Made by a program: the position numbers and the translations under genes | Assembly (NCBI GenBank): GCA_045633945.1 | Contig: JAZQZH010000052.1 | Location: forward strand, 28,322 to 92,321 | DNA: 64,000 bases | Direction: 5' to 3' | Source of the DNA: Alphaproteobacteria bacterium | GTDB taxonomy: Bacteria > Pseudomonadota > Alphaproteobacteria > RF32 > CAG-239 | The notes under the pieces: model-generated | What the model saw: the letters and a program-made list of their open reading frames with translations, nothing else | Databases searched by the model: none | Told to the model about the DNA's origin: nothing | Part shown: piece after piece, positions 50,343 to 60,778 of the stretch | Position numbering within the stretch: position 1 is the first letter of the stretch | Layout of the letters: every line of letters begins with the position of its first letter

Positions 50343-51449
50343 ATGATTATTAAAAGTTTAAATTGCTTAGGTTTAATGGGAGCTTCAACATTTAGCGGTG
50401 TTGAAATAGCACTTATCCAAACAGATGGTTTAGATATAAACGAAAGAAAAAAATCTTATGTTGTTCCCTATCCAGATGACTTAAAAGAAAAAATTCGTTC
50501 TATTTGGGGACTAAAGAGGGATATTGAAAACAATGAAGAAAAATTATCTTCTGTTGATATGGATGTATCTGATTTTTATGTAAAATTGATTAATAGTTTT
50601 ATAGCAGAATGCGATGAAAAGATTGATGTTGTTGGCATTGAAGGGATAACTCTTCTTCATAACCCGAATATTAAATACACTTATCAATTAGGAAGCGGTC
50701 GCTATATAGCAGAAAAAACCGGTATAAAAACAATTACACATTTTAGAAATGCGGATATTGCAAGTGGAGGACAAGGCACACCTATTTCTACAACATACTT
50801 TGGAACAGTTTCATCAAATGAGGTGAAGCCTATAGTATATGTTAATATTAGTGGAAAAAGTTGCTTAACATGGATTGGTAGCTTTGGAGAAATTGTTGGT
50901 TTTGATTGTGGACCAGGAGATAATTTTATTAATAATTGGACTTCTAAACACGCCCATATGGATAACGACTATAATGGTAGACTTGCAGCAATGGGGAGTG
51001 TTCATGAAAAAATTGTAAATTCTTTAATGCACCATAAATTTTTTGCAAAATTTCCCCCAAAATCAGCATATACTGGAATCTTTGCTGATAAAGCTGAGCA
51101 CCTTGAGGGGTTGTCTTTAGAAGATGGAGCAGCAACAGCTACGGCTTTTGTGGCTGAAGCTATTTGTTATTCTATTTGTCTTTATCTGCCTGAACTTCCT
51201 AAAAAAGTTGTAATATGTGGAAAGGGAGCAAAAAATCCAACACTTGTGAGATTTATTAGACATAGAATACCGAATATGGATGTTGTGGTTAGCAAAGAAG
51301 ATGGAATACCTGTTGATACTGTTAATGCTGAAATAATGGCTTTTTTGAGCGCTAGATCAATATATTCTTTACCAATAACATTCCCATCTACCACAGGCAT
51401 ATCAACCCCCATGACAGGAGGAGAAATATATGAAAAAAACAATAAATAA
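50343..51449 (+). CDS. anmK: anhydro-N-acetylmuramic acid kinase
   Basis: The length (368 aa) and overall pattern fit: LGLMGASTFSGVEIAL (a variant of GLMSGTSxDGxD), NISGKS, FDCGPGDNFIN. Confidence 0.8.
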   Translation: MIIKSLNCLGLMGASTFSGVEIALIQTDGLDINERKKSYVVPYPDDLKEKIRSIWGLKRDIENNEEKLSSVDMDVSDFYVKLINSFIAECDEKIDVVGIEGITLLHNPNIKYTYQLGSGRYIAEKTGIKTITHFRNADIASGGQGTPISTTYFGTVSSNEVKPIVYVNISGKSCLTWIGSFGEIVGFDCGPGDNFINNWTSKHAHMDNDYNGRLAAMGSVHEKIVNSLMHHKFFAKFPPKSAYTGIFADKAEHLEGLSLEDGAATATAFVAEAICYSICLYLPELPKKVVICGKGAKNPTLVRFIRHRIPNMDVVVSKEDGIPVDTVNAEIMAFLSARSIYSLPITFPSTTGISTPMTGGEIYEKNNK

Positions 51450-52185
51450 AGAAATGAATTGGATTTGTGTTAAAAATATATCTAAAACATATGATAAGAT
51501 ACAAGCCCTTGATAATGTTTCTTTTGATGTTAAGAAAGGGGAAATCATCGCTCTTTTGGGTCCAAATGGTGCTGGAAAATCAACATTGATGAATATTATT
51601 TCTGGATATTTAGCACCATCTTCTGGAGATATTTTTATAAAAGATATGGATATAGCAAAAGAGGTTCTTAATGCTCAAAAAAATATTGGTTTTTTATCTG
51701 AAGGTGCGCCTCTTTATTCTGATATGAAGGTTAAAACGTATTTGAAATATATGATAGAACTTAAACTATTTACCGAAGAAATTAATACTAAAAAAATAGT
51801 AAAAGAAGAATTTGAACGTATTGTTAAGGTTGCCAATATTGAGCACGTGTTAGATCAAAAAATAGAGACGTTGTCTAAGGGGTTTGTTCGAAGGGTTGGT
51901 TTTGCTCAAAGTATTATTGGTGATCCATCTATTTTGCTACTAGATGAACCAACTGATGGGCTTGATCCAAATCAAAAAAATTATATGAAAAAGTTAATAA
52001 AAAACATGGGACAAGGAAAAAGCATTGTTGTGTCAACACATCTATTAGATGAAGCAGAATCTATTGCATCTAGAATTATATTGATAAACAAAGGAAAAAT
52101 TGTTATTAACGATACGCTTAAAAATATTTTGAACAAAACAAAATGTTCAAACTTAGGTGAAGTGTTTAAGATGATGACATTATAG
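51430..52185 (+). CDS. ABC-2-type transporter ATP-binding protein (GldA-like)
   Basis: It has Walker A GPNGAGKST, the signature LSKGFVRRVGFAQS, and Walker B LLLDEPTDGLD. A strong GGAGGA lies upstream of ATG 51430. Confidence 0.85.
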   Translation: MKKTINKEMNWICVKNISKTYDKIQALDNVSFDVKKGEIIALLGPNGAGKSTLMNIISGYLAPSSGDIFIKDMDIAKEVLNAQKNIGFLSEGAPLYSDMKVKTYLKYMIELKLFTEEINTKKIVKEEFERIVKVANIEHVLDQKIETLSKGFVRRVGFAQSIIGDPSILLLDEPTDGLDPNQKNYMKKLIKNMGQGKSIVVSTHLLDEAESIASRIILINKGKIVINDTLKNILNKTKCSNLGEVFKMMTL

Positions 52186-52196
52186 GAGAAGGGTTA

Positions 52197-55100
52197 ATGA
52201 ATAAAATAAAAACTATTGTAAAATATGAGCTTATTAGGTATTTTTCGTCCCCTATTGCTTATGTTTATCTTATATCTTTCTTATTACTAAGCGGGTCATG
52301 CGCAATATATTTTGGTCATTTTTTTACAAATGGCGAGGCAAATCTTAATGCATTTTTTGATTATCAACCATGGATTTATCTGTTGTTTATACCTGGTATT
52401 GCCATGAGATCTTGGTCTGATGAGTTTCGCTCTAGAAGTGTTATTCAGCTTTTAACCACCCCTCTTACATTATATCAAATTGTTTGGGGTAAGTTTTTTG
52501 CTATGTGGGGTTTTGCTATTTTTGCTATTTTGATGACTTTTCCTTTTTGGATAACGGTAAATATTTTAGGAAACCCTGATAACGGTGTCATACTTATTGG
52601 ATATCTTGGGTGTTTTGTTTTATGCGGAGCAATGATTGCAATATCTCAAATGCTTTCTGCTGTTACAAAAAACTCTATTATTGCTCTTGTCTTGTCAGTT
52701 TTATTTAATTTGATGTTTTTTTGGAGTAGCTTTGAGTATGTTTTATTTTGGGCTAGAGAGGTTTTTAGCGAGGTTGTTGTTGATACTATTATATCTTTTA
52801 GTTTTTTAATTAGATTTTTCTCTTTGAGTAGAGGTGTTGTTGAGCTAAGAGATGTTGTGTTTTTTGTCTCTTTGATTGTGTTTTTTAATATGCTTACAAT
52901 TTTTATTGTAGGCCTTAAAACTAAAGGTACATCTTCGATTATTTCATCTGCGAACCCAAAACATGCTTTTATTTATATTGCAGTACTTTTGATTGCTTTT
53001 TTTAGTATAAACATTATAGCAAATAATACTTTAAGGCTTGTTAGGTTTGATTTTACAAATGAAAAATATATGTCTCTAACTAAAAACACGAAAAATATTT
53101 TGAAAAACCTTAAACGCCCAGTTATAGCCAAACTATATTATTCTCCTATTTTGGAGCAAAGAAATCCTGAGGTTAGACAAGCTTATGAGCAAGTTAAGTT
53201 ATTATTAAAGCAATATAAATCATATAGTGGTGGTAAGTTTGATTATAGAATATATAATCCAAAATTTTTAGATAAGATAGAAGATCAAGCTATTGCTGAT
53301 GGTTTGCAGCCTATTCCTTTAATTGACAATAATCAAAATGCTCTTTTTGGTATAACATTTTCGGATAGTTTAACCAATAAAAGTGTTATTCCGTTCTTCT
53401 CTATTGAAAAAATGAATTTTCTTGAACAAGATTTAACAAGCAGCATATACAGATTACACCATAAGAAAAAGGTTTTAGGATTATTATCATCGCTTCCTGT
53501 TGTGGGAAATCTAAGACAAGATGATGTTCTTATGAAAAAATGGGAAATAATAAAAGAAATAGATAAATTATATGATGTTAAAGTTATAGAAACTGAAGAA
53601 GATTTGGATCAATATTTTGACGTGATGATGATTATTCATCCTAGAGGCTATAGTCCAAATGTTCTTGAAAAAATAAAAAAACAAAAAAGAATTTTACTTT
53701 TATTAGATGTTGTTGATGATGCTTCTTTTTTATACTCTCCAATTGGTAGTAATTTTATTCCATCTGATATGAGCGAATTATCTCAATATTGGGGGTTTGG
53801 TTTTTATAGCCTAGGTGCAGCTGCTGATTTTAATAATTCTATAATGGTTGATGATACTGTAGATTATAACCGTAATCCATCTTTTACACAGGATTTATTA
53901 CAGTTTAAGATTACAGACAAAGAACTAAACTCAAACCATAGGATTACTTATAAACTAAACAATATTTTGTTTTCTTCTGCATCTATGGTATATCCACTTA
54001 AAGATGCAAATATTTCTTTTTTTCCTCTTATTAGAACAAGTAAAAAATCATCTATTGTTGATGCAAAATTGCTAAAAAACAAAAAAACACCTAAAGAAAT
54101 TTTGGAACAGTTTTCTCCAATAAATGAGGTTATTGTTATTGGAGCAGAGGTTTTAAGTAATGATCCCAAAAATCCTTTTGATATTATTGTTGTTGGTGAT
54201 ACTGATTTTGCTTACGATGCATTTTGGGCAAGAGAGAAAAAGTTTTTAGACAAAAGCTATTATGTTCCGTTGTTTGATAATGCTAATTTTATACTTAACT
54301 CTTTAGATTATCTCACAGAAAATGATGATTTAATTAGCTTAAGGGGGAAAACTATAAAAAGACGCCCTCTTTTTGTGGTTGATGATATGCTAAGAATGAA
54401 TAGATATAGATATAATCTTAAAGAGAACGATATATTTAATGCAATTAATGGCGCAAAAGCTTCTTTGAATGAAATTGTTGCAAAAAAACAATTTGAAGAG
54501 AGAGATACTTTTAGTGCAGATGAATTGGCTATTATTGGAAAAATAAGAAAGGAAATTACTACATTAAGACAACAACTGAGTGACTTAAAAACAAGCACAA
54601 ATGATAGTATAAAAAATCTAGAGGCTAGAGTTAAATTTTACAATATATACTTTATTGCGTTAGTTATTATTTTGGTGGCACTTCTTGTTTTCATAAAAAA
54701 CAATAAAAACAATTTCATATTTGGTTCTGGGGTGTTTTTTTGGAATAAACATATTGCTAAACTATCTATAACAACTGTTGTTTTGCTTTGTTTGGCTATT
54801 TTTAGTGTTTATTTGGATAATAAAAACTCAATATCTAAATATGAAGGCAAACTTATGTTTGAAAATTTCAGCAAAAAAATAAATATGATAAAGAAAATAA
54901 GATTAAATAGTAGCAATAAAAACATTGTATTTGTTCAAAATAATGGTATTTGGGAACTTGAGGGAAATAAAAATATACCTTTATACCAAGAACGTATTCG
55001 TAGTTTTTTGGTTACCCTTAATAATGCTATAAAACATGAGAAGAAATCTGACAAAGTTGAAGATTTGAAATTTTTTGGCTTTTCTTCGCTAGATGATAAA

Positions 55101-55640
55101 AATTCTCCAACAATAGAGATTTTATTAGAAGATGACAAAGGTTCTGTTTTAGAAAACTTTGAAATTGGTTGGTATGACATTGATGTTGGTAGGGGGGCTA
55201 AAGCGTGTTTTATTAAGCAAAAAAATCAATTCCAAGTGTGGATGGTTGAAGCTGATTTTTATGATCTTTCTCTTGATGTTAAAGATTGGAGTTATAGTTC
55301 CTTATGGAATCTAAGATTTGGAAGATTTGTAAGATATAATAATATTTATGATGAAAAAGATGTTATGAATATTGTAAAAAAACTTCTAAATATTCACACA
55401 ATCGGTATAGAAGAGAAAATTGAGGCCAATGAACTTGGTAAAATAGATATTGTTGCTGAAAACGGGGATAGCACCTTATTGTTTTATAAAACAAAAGATG
55501 ATAGATATTTTGTTAAATTTGAGTTTAGCAATAAACTAGAAAATAGACATATTAACTTTTTTGAGAAGCACGTAAAAGGTTTATTTTTAGAAATAAGTAA
55601 AGAAGATTGGGAGAAAATAAAAAATGACGTTATTAAATAG
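52197..55640 (+). CDS. fusion protein: ABC-2 permease (GldF-like) + GldG-like auxiliary domain + DUF4340-like C-terminal domain
   Basis: Residues 1-240 form a six-TM ABC-2 pattern (KYELIRYFSSPIAYVYLISFLLL). The GldG signature follows (RFDFTNEKYMSLTKNTKNILKNLKRPVIAKLYYSP). A TM helix near residue 830 precedes a beta-rich C-terminal domain. Confidence 0.7.
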   Translation: MNKIKTIVKYELIRYFSSPIAYVYLISFLLLSGSCAIYFGHFFTNGEANLNAFFDYQPWIYLLFIPGIAMRSWSDEFRSRSVIQLLTTPLTLYQIVWGKFFAMWGFAIFAILMTFPFWITVNILGNPDNGVILIGYLGCFVLCGAMIAISQMLSAVTKNSIIALVLSVLFNLMFFWSSFEYVLFWAREVFSEVVVDTIISFSFLIRFFSLSRGVVELRDVVFFVSLIVFFNMLTIFIVGLKTKGTSSIISSANPKHAFIYIAVLLIAFFSINIIANNTLRLVRFDFTNEKYMSLTKNTKNILKNLKRPVIAKLYYSPILEQRNPEVRQAYEQVKLLLKQYKSYSGGKFDYRIYNPKFLDKIEDQAIADGLQPIPLIDNNQNALFGITFSDSLTNKSVIPFFSIEKMNFLEQDLTSSIYRLHHKKKVLGLLSSLPVVGNLRQDDVLMKKWEIIKEIDKLYDVKVIETEEDLDQYFDVMMIIHPRGYSPNVLEKIKKQKRILLLLDVVDDASFLYSPIGSNFIPSDMSELSQYWGFGFYSLGAAADFNNSIMVDDTVDYNRNPSFTQDLLQFKITDKELNSNHRITYKLNNILFSSASMVYPLKDANISFFPLIRTSKKSSIVDAKLLKNKKTPKEILEQFSPINEVIVIGAEVLSNDPKNPFDIIVVGDTDFAYDAFWAREKKFLDKSYYVPLFDNANFILNSLDYLTENDDLISLRGKTIKRRPLFVVDDMLRMNRYRYNLKENDIFNAINGAKASLNEIVAKKQFEERDTFSADELAIIGKIRKEITTLRQQLSDLKTSTNDSIKNLEARVKFYNIYFIALVIILVALLVFIKNNKNNFIFGSGVFFWNKHIAKLSITTVVLLCLAIFSVYLDNKNSISKYEGKLMFENFSKKINMIKKIRLNSSNKNIVFVQNNGIWELEGNKNIPLYQERIRSFLVTLNNAIKHEKKSDKVEDLKFFGFSSLDDKNSPTIEILLEDDKGSVLENFEIGWYDIDVGRGAKACFIKQKNQFQVWMVEADFYDLSLDVKDWSYSSLWNLRFGRFVRYNNIYDEKDVMNIVKKLLNIHTIGIEEKIEANELGKIDIVAENGDSTLLFYKTKDDRYFVKFEFSNKLENRHINFFEKHVKGLFLEISKEDWEKIKNDVIK

Positions 55641-56541
55641 TGATAGGCTAAAAAAATCTGCAACCTTTGCTGGGATTTTGGTGTCTTTAACACTTATTAT
55701 TGTGAAGTTTTTCGCATTCATTAAAACCGATTCTTTAGCTATATTTTCCTCCCTTGTTGATAGTGCTACCGATTTATTTTCTTCTTTTATTTCTTTTGTT
55801 GCAGTTTATTTTTCTACAAAACCTGCATCATACACTCATCGCTATGGATACGGTAAAACAGAATCTATTAGTGCTTTAATGCAGGCGGTTTTTGTTGGTG
55901 CTTCTGGGTGTTTTGTTATTTTTGATGGCATAAATAGACTATTTAATCCTATTGATGTTTCAAATACTGAAGCGGGTATATTTATTATGGTTTTTAGTAT
56001 TTTTGCCACCTTATTGCTGGTTATTTTTCAACTTTATGTTGCAAAAAAAACAAACTCTCTTGCTATAAAAGCAGACACAGCACACTATCTTGTTGACTTT
56101 TTAACAAACTCAGCAGTGATTGTTTCTTTGGTTTTAACCAATGTTTTTAACTTTATTTACTTTGATATAATTGCAGCTATTTTTATATCTATTTATCTAT
56201 TGTTTAATGCTTATTTTTTAGGAAAAGAATCTTTGGAACAACTAACGGATAAAGAACTAAGTGATGAAATTAGAAGCAACATTAAAAAAGTGGTTTTAGC
56301 TTGTGAAAATGTAATGGGTATTCATGACCTTAGAACAAGAAATGTTGCTGATGTATATTATATAGAGTTTCATTTGGAGTTAGATGGTAATAAACCTTTA
56401 TTTTTAGCTCATCAAACATCTGAACAGGTTGAGAAAAGTATATTAGAACAATACCCTTTTAGCCAAATACTCATCCATCAAGACCCTTATGGAATTAATG
56501 AAAACAGATTAGATAATATGATAAAAGAAACAAACAAATAA
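55624..56541 (+). CDS. cation diffusion facilitator family transporter
   Basis: It has six TM helices, SLVDSATD and HYLVDFLTN metal-site motifs, and a C-terminal cytoplasmic domain (IHDLRTR...YIEFHLELD). It overlaps the upstream gene by 17 nt. Confidence 0.85.
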   Translation: MTLLNSDRLKKSATFAGILVSLTLIIVKFFAFIKTDSLAIFSSLVDSATDLFSSFISFVAVYFSTKPASYTHRYGYGKTESISALMQAVFVGASGCFVIFDGINRLFNPIDVSNTEAGIFIMVFSIFATLLLVIFQLYVAKKTNSLAIKADTAHYLVDFLTNSAVIVSLVLTNVFNFIYFDIIAAIFISIYLLFNAYFLGKESLEQLTDKELSDEIRSNIKKVVLACENVMGIHDLRTRNVADVYYIEFHLELDGNKPLFLAHQTSEQVEKSILEQYPFSQILIHQDPYGINENRLDNMIKETNK

Positions 56542-56545
56542 AGTT

Positions 56546-57604
56546 TTATACTTTGGCTTTAGACTTTAATTGTCCGCATGCTGCTAATATGTCTTGCCCT
56601 CTTGCAACTCTAACAGGTGCTGCAAACCCCGCATCTTCAAGAGTTTTAGAAAAGGCTTCTATATCTTTTTTATCGCTAGGCTCAAAACCGCAACCCGGCC
56701 AGGGATTAAAAGGAATAAGATTAAATGTTGCTCTTAGCTTATGTTTTTTTAACAACCTGATGAGCTCTTTTGCATGATCTTGTGTATCATTTATACCTTT
56801 TAGTAGTAAATATTCAAAGGTTATATATCTGCTATGCTCTCCTTGCTGATATTCAGAACAGGCTTTCATAACTTCTTCTATTTTAAATTTATCATTTATT
56901 GGCATTATTTGAGAGCGAATAGTGTTATTTGGTGCATGTAACGATACAGCTAAACGTACACCTGTTTTTTGCATTGCTTCAACAATTTTAGTAGCGATTC
57001 CAGAGGTTGACATTGTTACTCTACGACGTGAAATAGCTATACCATCTCCATCTGTAATAATGTTTAACGCTTTTACAACATTATCTAAATTGCATAACGG
57101 CTCTCCCATGCCCATAACAACTATATTAGATAAATATCTTGTTTCGTTTATTGGGCTTGGCCACTCTTTATAAGCGTCTCTTGCAACCATAAATTGACCA
57201 ACTATTTCACCAACAGTTAGGTTTCTTGTGAACTTTTGACTACCAGTGTGACAGAATCTACACCCCATAGCACAACCAACTTGTGTAGAAATACAAACAG
57301 CTCCCCTATCCTTCTCGGGAATATAAACCATCTCAACCTTTTCACCATCTTTAAACTCTAGTAACCACTTATGTGTTTTATCTATTGATATTTGTTCGGT
57401 TACTACTTTAGGTCTTGTTATGGTATAGTTTTCATTAAGCTTTTGGCGTAAAGCTAAAGAGAGGTTACTCATCTGCATAAAATCTGTAACACCTCTAAAA
57501 TACATCCATTGCCAAATTTGTTTTGCGCGAAATGTTTTTTCGTTGATTGTTTCTAGCTCTTTTATTAGCTCTTCTTTAGTAAAATCTGTTAGTTCTTTTT
57601 TCAT
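56546..57604 (-). CDS. rlmN: 23S rRNA/tRNA m2A methyltransferase (radical SAM)
   Basis: It has FRAKQIWQWMY, the radical SAM cluster motif CAMGCRFCHTG, and GMGEPL. Confidence 0.95.
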   Translation of the reverse strand: MKKELTDFTKEELIKELETINEKTFRAKQIWQWMYFRGVTDFMQMSNLSLALRQKLNENYTITRPKVVTEQISIDKTHKWLLEFKDGEKVEMVYIPEKDRGAVCISTQVGCAMGCRFCHTGSQKFTRNLTVGEIVGQFMVARDAYKEWPSPINETRYLSNIVVMGMGEPLCNLDNVVKALNIITDGDGIAISRRRVTMSTSGIATKIVEAMQKTGVRLAVSLHAPNNTIRSQIMPINDKFKIEEVMKACSEYQQGEHSRYITFEYLLLKGINDTQDHAKELIRLLKKHKLRATFNLIPFNPWPGCGFEPSDKKDIEAFSKTLEDAGFAAPVRVARGQDILAACGQLKSKAKV

Positions 57605-57610
57605 GTTTAA

Positions 57611-58114
57611 TTATCTACATTTTGCACTGATTGCTCTATATGCACCTGTAAACCCTCTTAATGAATATGTGTCTTTTGTTTTTGTACTGCGATATGATAC
57701 ACCTTCTACTGTCATTTTTTCGCCGCGTTTCATTGCTTCAACAAGTTTTTTATCTGTTTGATTATCTGGAGCCCAAGCGCTATCAATATTTGTAAATAAA
57801 TTATTGAAGGTTGTTGTACCTATTTTTACAATAACTTTTGAACCTTGCTTATAATTGTAACCTGCTACAAAATTTACTACATTATAACTTTTTTCTGCTG
57901 GACGATGAGTCACTATTGCATATATATCACCTCTTTTTTGATACATTCCTTCATCCTTTTTAGGTGTTGAAACCATGTAGCATACTGTATTTTTTCCTTC
58001 TTTATATGAGTATGCTGTCCAATCGCCATATTCACCTAATTCTGTTGGGATGTTGGATGCAGATGCAGAAAAAGACACAAGTGTTGCAAAAAATAAAAAA
58101 ACATATTTTTTCAT
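57611..58114 (-). CDS. invasion-associated locus B (IalB) family periplasmic protein
   Basis: It has a signal peptide, YGDWTAYSY...CYMVS, and a C-terminal SLRGFTGAYRAISAKC typical of the family. Confidence 0.65.
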   Translation of the reverse strand: MKKYVFLFFATLVSFSASASNIPTELGEYGDWTAYSYKEGKNTVCYMVSTPKKDEGMYQKRGDIYAIVTHRPAEKSYNVVNFVAGYNYKQGSKVIVKIGTTTFNNLFTNIDSAWAPDNQTDKKLVEAMKRGEKMTVEGVSYRSTKTKDTYSLRGFTGAYRAISAKCR

Positions 58115-58212
58115 AATTTTATACCTTTAAATTGTTACTTTGTTATATCATAATTAAGATATTTATAATAAACTCTTAACAAATTTAATATTTTAACATA
58201 ACGAGGTTATAA

Positions 58213-59412
58213 ATGTTTCACCCTGAATATATTAATCCCAAAAAACTTATTGTAAATAACGATATTCTACGCCTATTCCAAATGGTGGAAAAACACGGGG
58301 GCGTTCTTCGTTTTGTGGGTGGTGCTGTAAGAGATGCTATTGCAGGTTTTCCTCGATCTAATATTGACTTAGTTACAGATATGTCTCCATCTGAATTTTC
58401 AGATATGTGTGATGATGAAGGTGTTAGGTGTGTTCCATTTGGAATCCAATTTTTTACTATTGGTGTTATGTTAAATAGTAGTTTTTTTAAAGTTACATCT
58501 TTAAGTTCTGAAGAAGATAATATCAAGGATGAGTGGAAAAACGATGCATCTATGCGTGATTTAACAATCAACGCTGTTTATGCTGATGAAAAAGGAAATG
58601 TTTTTGATTATTTTAATGGTATAAAAGATCTTGAAAATGGAGTTATTAAATTTATTGGTAAACCCGAGGAAACAATAAATGCTGATTATGTGCGAATCAT
58701 GCGTTTTTTCAGATTTTGCGCAATGTTTGGAAAGAATATTGATAAAAAATCATTAAAGGCGTGTATAAAAAATAAATCTTTATTAAAAAATGTTTCTGCC
58801 GATAAAATTAAAGAAGAATTTTTTAAAATAATATTAGCTCCATACGCTGTTAGAACACTTGAATTAATTTTTGATAATGGAATTCTTGATTTTATGGTGG
58901 CAAAACCTAAAAACCTTAATTGTCTTGATAAACTTGAAAACCTTGAAAAAGAATTATGTCTCGAAAAAAATGTTATATTGCGTTTATATTCTATCTTTCA
59001 ACCCGATACAAGAAGAGCTGAAAGATTGGCAAAAATATTTAAGTTAAGTAAAAATCAAAAAGAACACCTTTTAGCACTTGCCACCTCAAAACTATCACCC
59101 GAAAATTTTAAAGACACTGTTTTTATAAACAAATCAATATTCAAATATGGTAAAGATATCTGTAAAGACATGTTAATTTATTTAAATATTGGAAACAATA
59201 ACATTGACAATATAAAACATATTTTAAATACAGTGGATTCAACAAATATTTCTACATTTCCAATATCAGGAAAAGATTTAATTAAAATTGGAGCAGATAC
59301 TAAATTTTTAGGACTATATATAGATGTTCTAAAAAAAGAATGGTTCGATAGTGGTTGTTTACTATCTAAAAGTGAACTTTTAGAAAAATATATTAAAGAG
59401 TTAAAAAAATAA
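58213..59412 (+). CDS. cca: CCA tRNA nucleotidyltransferase / poly(A) polymerase family protein
   Basis: It has the GGAVRD motif (RFVGGAVRDAI), DLTINAVY and RIMRFFRF. Confidence 0.8.
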   Translation: MFHPEYINPKKLIVNNDILRLFQMVEKHGGVLRFVGGAVRDAIAGFPRSNIDLVTDMSPSEFSDMCDDEGVRCVPFGIQFFTIGVMLNSSFFKVTSLSSEEDNIKDEWKNDASMRDLTINAVYADEKGNVFDYFNGIKDLENGVIKFIGKPEETINADYVRIMRFFRFCAMFGKNIDKKSLKACIKNKSLLKNVSADKIKEEFFKIILAPYAVRTLELIFDNGILDFMVAKPKNLNCLDKLENLEKELCLEKNVILRLYSIFQPDTRRAERLAKIFKLSKNQKEHLLALATSKLSPENFKDTVFINKSIFKYGKDICKDMLIYLNIGNNNIDNIKHILNTVDSTNISTFPISGKDLIKIGADTKFLGLYIDVLKKEWFDSGCLLSKSELLEKYIKELKK

Positions 59413-59434
59413 AGAGGTGCTTTTAACACCTCTT
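59412..59434. terminator. bidirectional hairpin between cca and the small minus-strand ORF
   Basis: aagaggtg (59412-59419) pairs with cacctctt (59427-59434). An A-run precedes it and T-rich sequence follows. Confidence 0.5.
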
Positions 59435-59650
59435 ATTGTTAGCAAAATCTAATTGTAAATCTTGCTCTGTTGCAGTATGCATGAGCAACTCTTGCTCTAC
59501 TGGATTGAGTCTCCTGTATGGATACCGTTTTTTTAGTTCCTCGAAATACTCTCTTACAGCGTTAGCGCCAAGCTGCTTCAAAACACCGGCTTTGACTCTA
59601 GATATACCATGAGCCAAAGAAACATCTAAATTCTTCATAAGCTTATACAT
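59423..59650 (-). CDS. hypothetical small protein (75 aa)
   Basis: This is an ORF only. Its composition is less AT-skewed than the flanks, and a terminator hairpin sits at its 3' end. I recognise no family. Confidence 0.4.
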   Translation of the reverse strand: MYKLMKNLDVSLAHGISRVKAGVLKQLGANAVREYFEELKKRYPYRRLNPVEQELLMHTATEQDLQLDFANNKRC

Positions 59651-59885
59651 ATGTTTAGTTAAACAATTACTGTATACAGCATTTTTTTATTTAAATCAAG
59701 TATATTTTGACAAAAAAATTAAACAAAAAATAAAAATACTGCAAAATCAACCACTTATAAACATACGTATTTTTCTTACAATAGAGAGGCTGTTTTTACT
59801 TTTTATGATACAAACATTAAAAAACAAACAAAAACCTCTACAACAAAGAAAAAACCACCTTACTCTTGTTTTTTTATAAAAAAAA

Positions 59886-60776
59886 CTATTCTCCCCTATT
59901 CTTTTCTAACATATCAAGAATAGCGTTAAGTTCTGCTGGATTTTTATATTCTATTGTAACTTTACCTTTGTCGCTATCTTTGGCATTAATTTTAATCTTA
60001 AGACCAACAGACTTTGTTAACCCTTTTTCCAACTCCTTTATACTTGGATCTTTTTTAATAGCATTACAAATTTTATTAAGACTACCATTTTTGATATTAT
60101 TTACTAAATCTTCTGTTTGACGAACAGTTAAACCTTTTGATATTATTTTCTGAGCAACATCTTCTGCATTAGGTAAACCAATTAAAGCTCTTGCGTGTCC
60201 AGCTGTTAAGCTATTATTTTTCACCATTTCTTGCACAGTTGATGGTAAAACCAACAACCTTAATGTATTTGTAATGTAACTTCTCGATTTACCAACTATC
60301 TGTGAAAGCGCATCATGTGTGTGAGAAAATTCTGTAATAAGTCTATTATAACCTTCAGCCTCTTCTATAGCTGATAAATCTTCACGCAAAAGATTTTCAA
60401 CTAACGCCACTTCTAAAACCTCTTGGTTGGTTAATTCTTTTTCTATAACAGGCACCTCTGTTAAACCAGCAATTTGAGAAGCTCTCCATCTGCGCTCACC
60501 AGCAATTATTTCATATTTATCATTATTTTTTCTAACAATAAGGGGCTGCAAAACGCCTTTATCTTTAATAGAACAAACCAAAGCATCTAAAGAATCCTTA
60601 TTAAACTCTTTTCTTGGTTGGTATTTACTTGGATATAAATTAGCAACACTTACCATCTTTATACCATTATCAATAATATCTGCAGTATTTATATTATCTA
60701 GATTGAAGCTTAAATCATCTTCTCCTAAAAGAGCCTCTAAACCTCTACCCAACCCATGTTTTTTATTTATAGACAT
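59886..60776 (-). CDS. parB: chromosome partitioning protein ParB
   Basis: It has GLGRGLEALL, the ParB box IIAGERRWRA, and an HTH region. Confidence 0.95.
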   Translation of the reverse strand: MSINKKHGLGRGLEALLGEDDLSFNLDNINTADIIDNGIKMVSVANLYPSKYQPRKEFNKDSLDALVCSIKDKGVLQPLIVRKNNDKYEIIAGERRWRASQIAGLTEVPVIEKELTNQEVLEVALVENLLREDLSAIEEAEGYNRLITEFSHTHDALSQIVGKSRSYITNTLRLLVLPSTVQEMVKNNSLTAGHARALIGLPNAEDVAQKIISKGLTVRQTEDLVNNIKNGSLNKICNAIKKDPSIKELEKGLTKSVGLKIKINAKDSDKGKVTIEYKNPAELNAILDMLEKNRGE

Positions 60777-60778
60777 AT

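Noticed and set aside
59651-59885. The largest AT-rich non-coding gap (235 nt), next to parB, considered as a possible replication origin.
   Set aside because: I could not find a cluster of DnaA-box-like 9-mers. The best candidates, such as tcaaccact, have three mismatches to TTATCCACA. In alphaproteobacteria the origin is usually not at the par locus. A computational DnaA-box and GC-skew scan of the whole genome would be needed to settle this.
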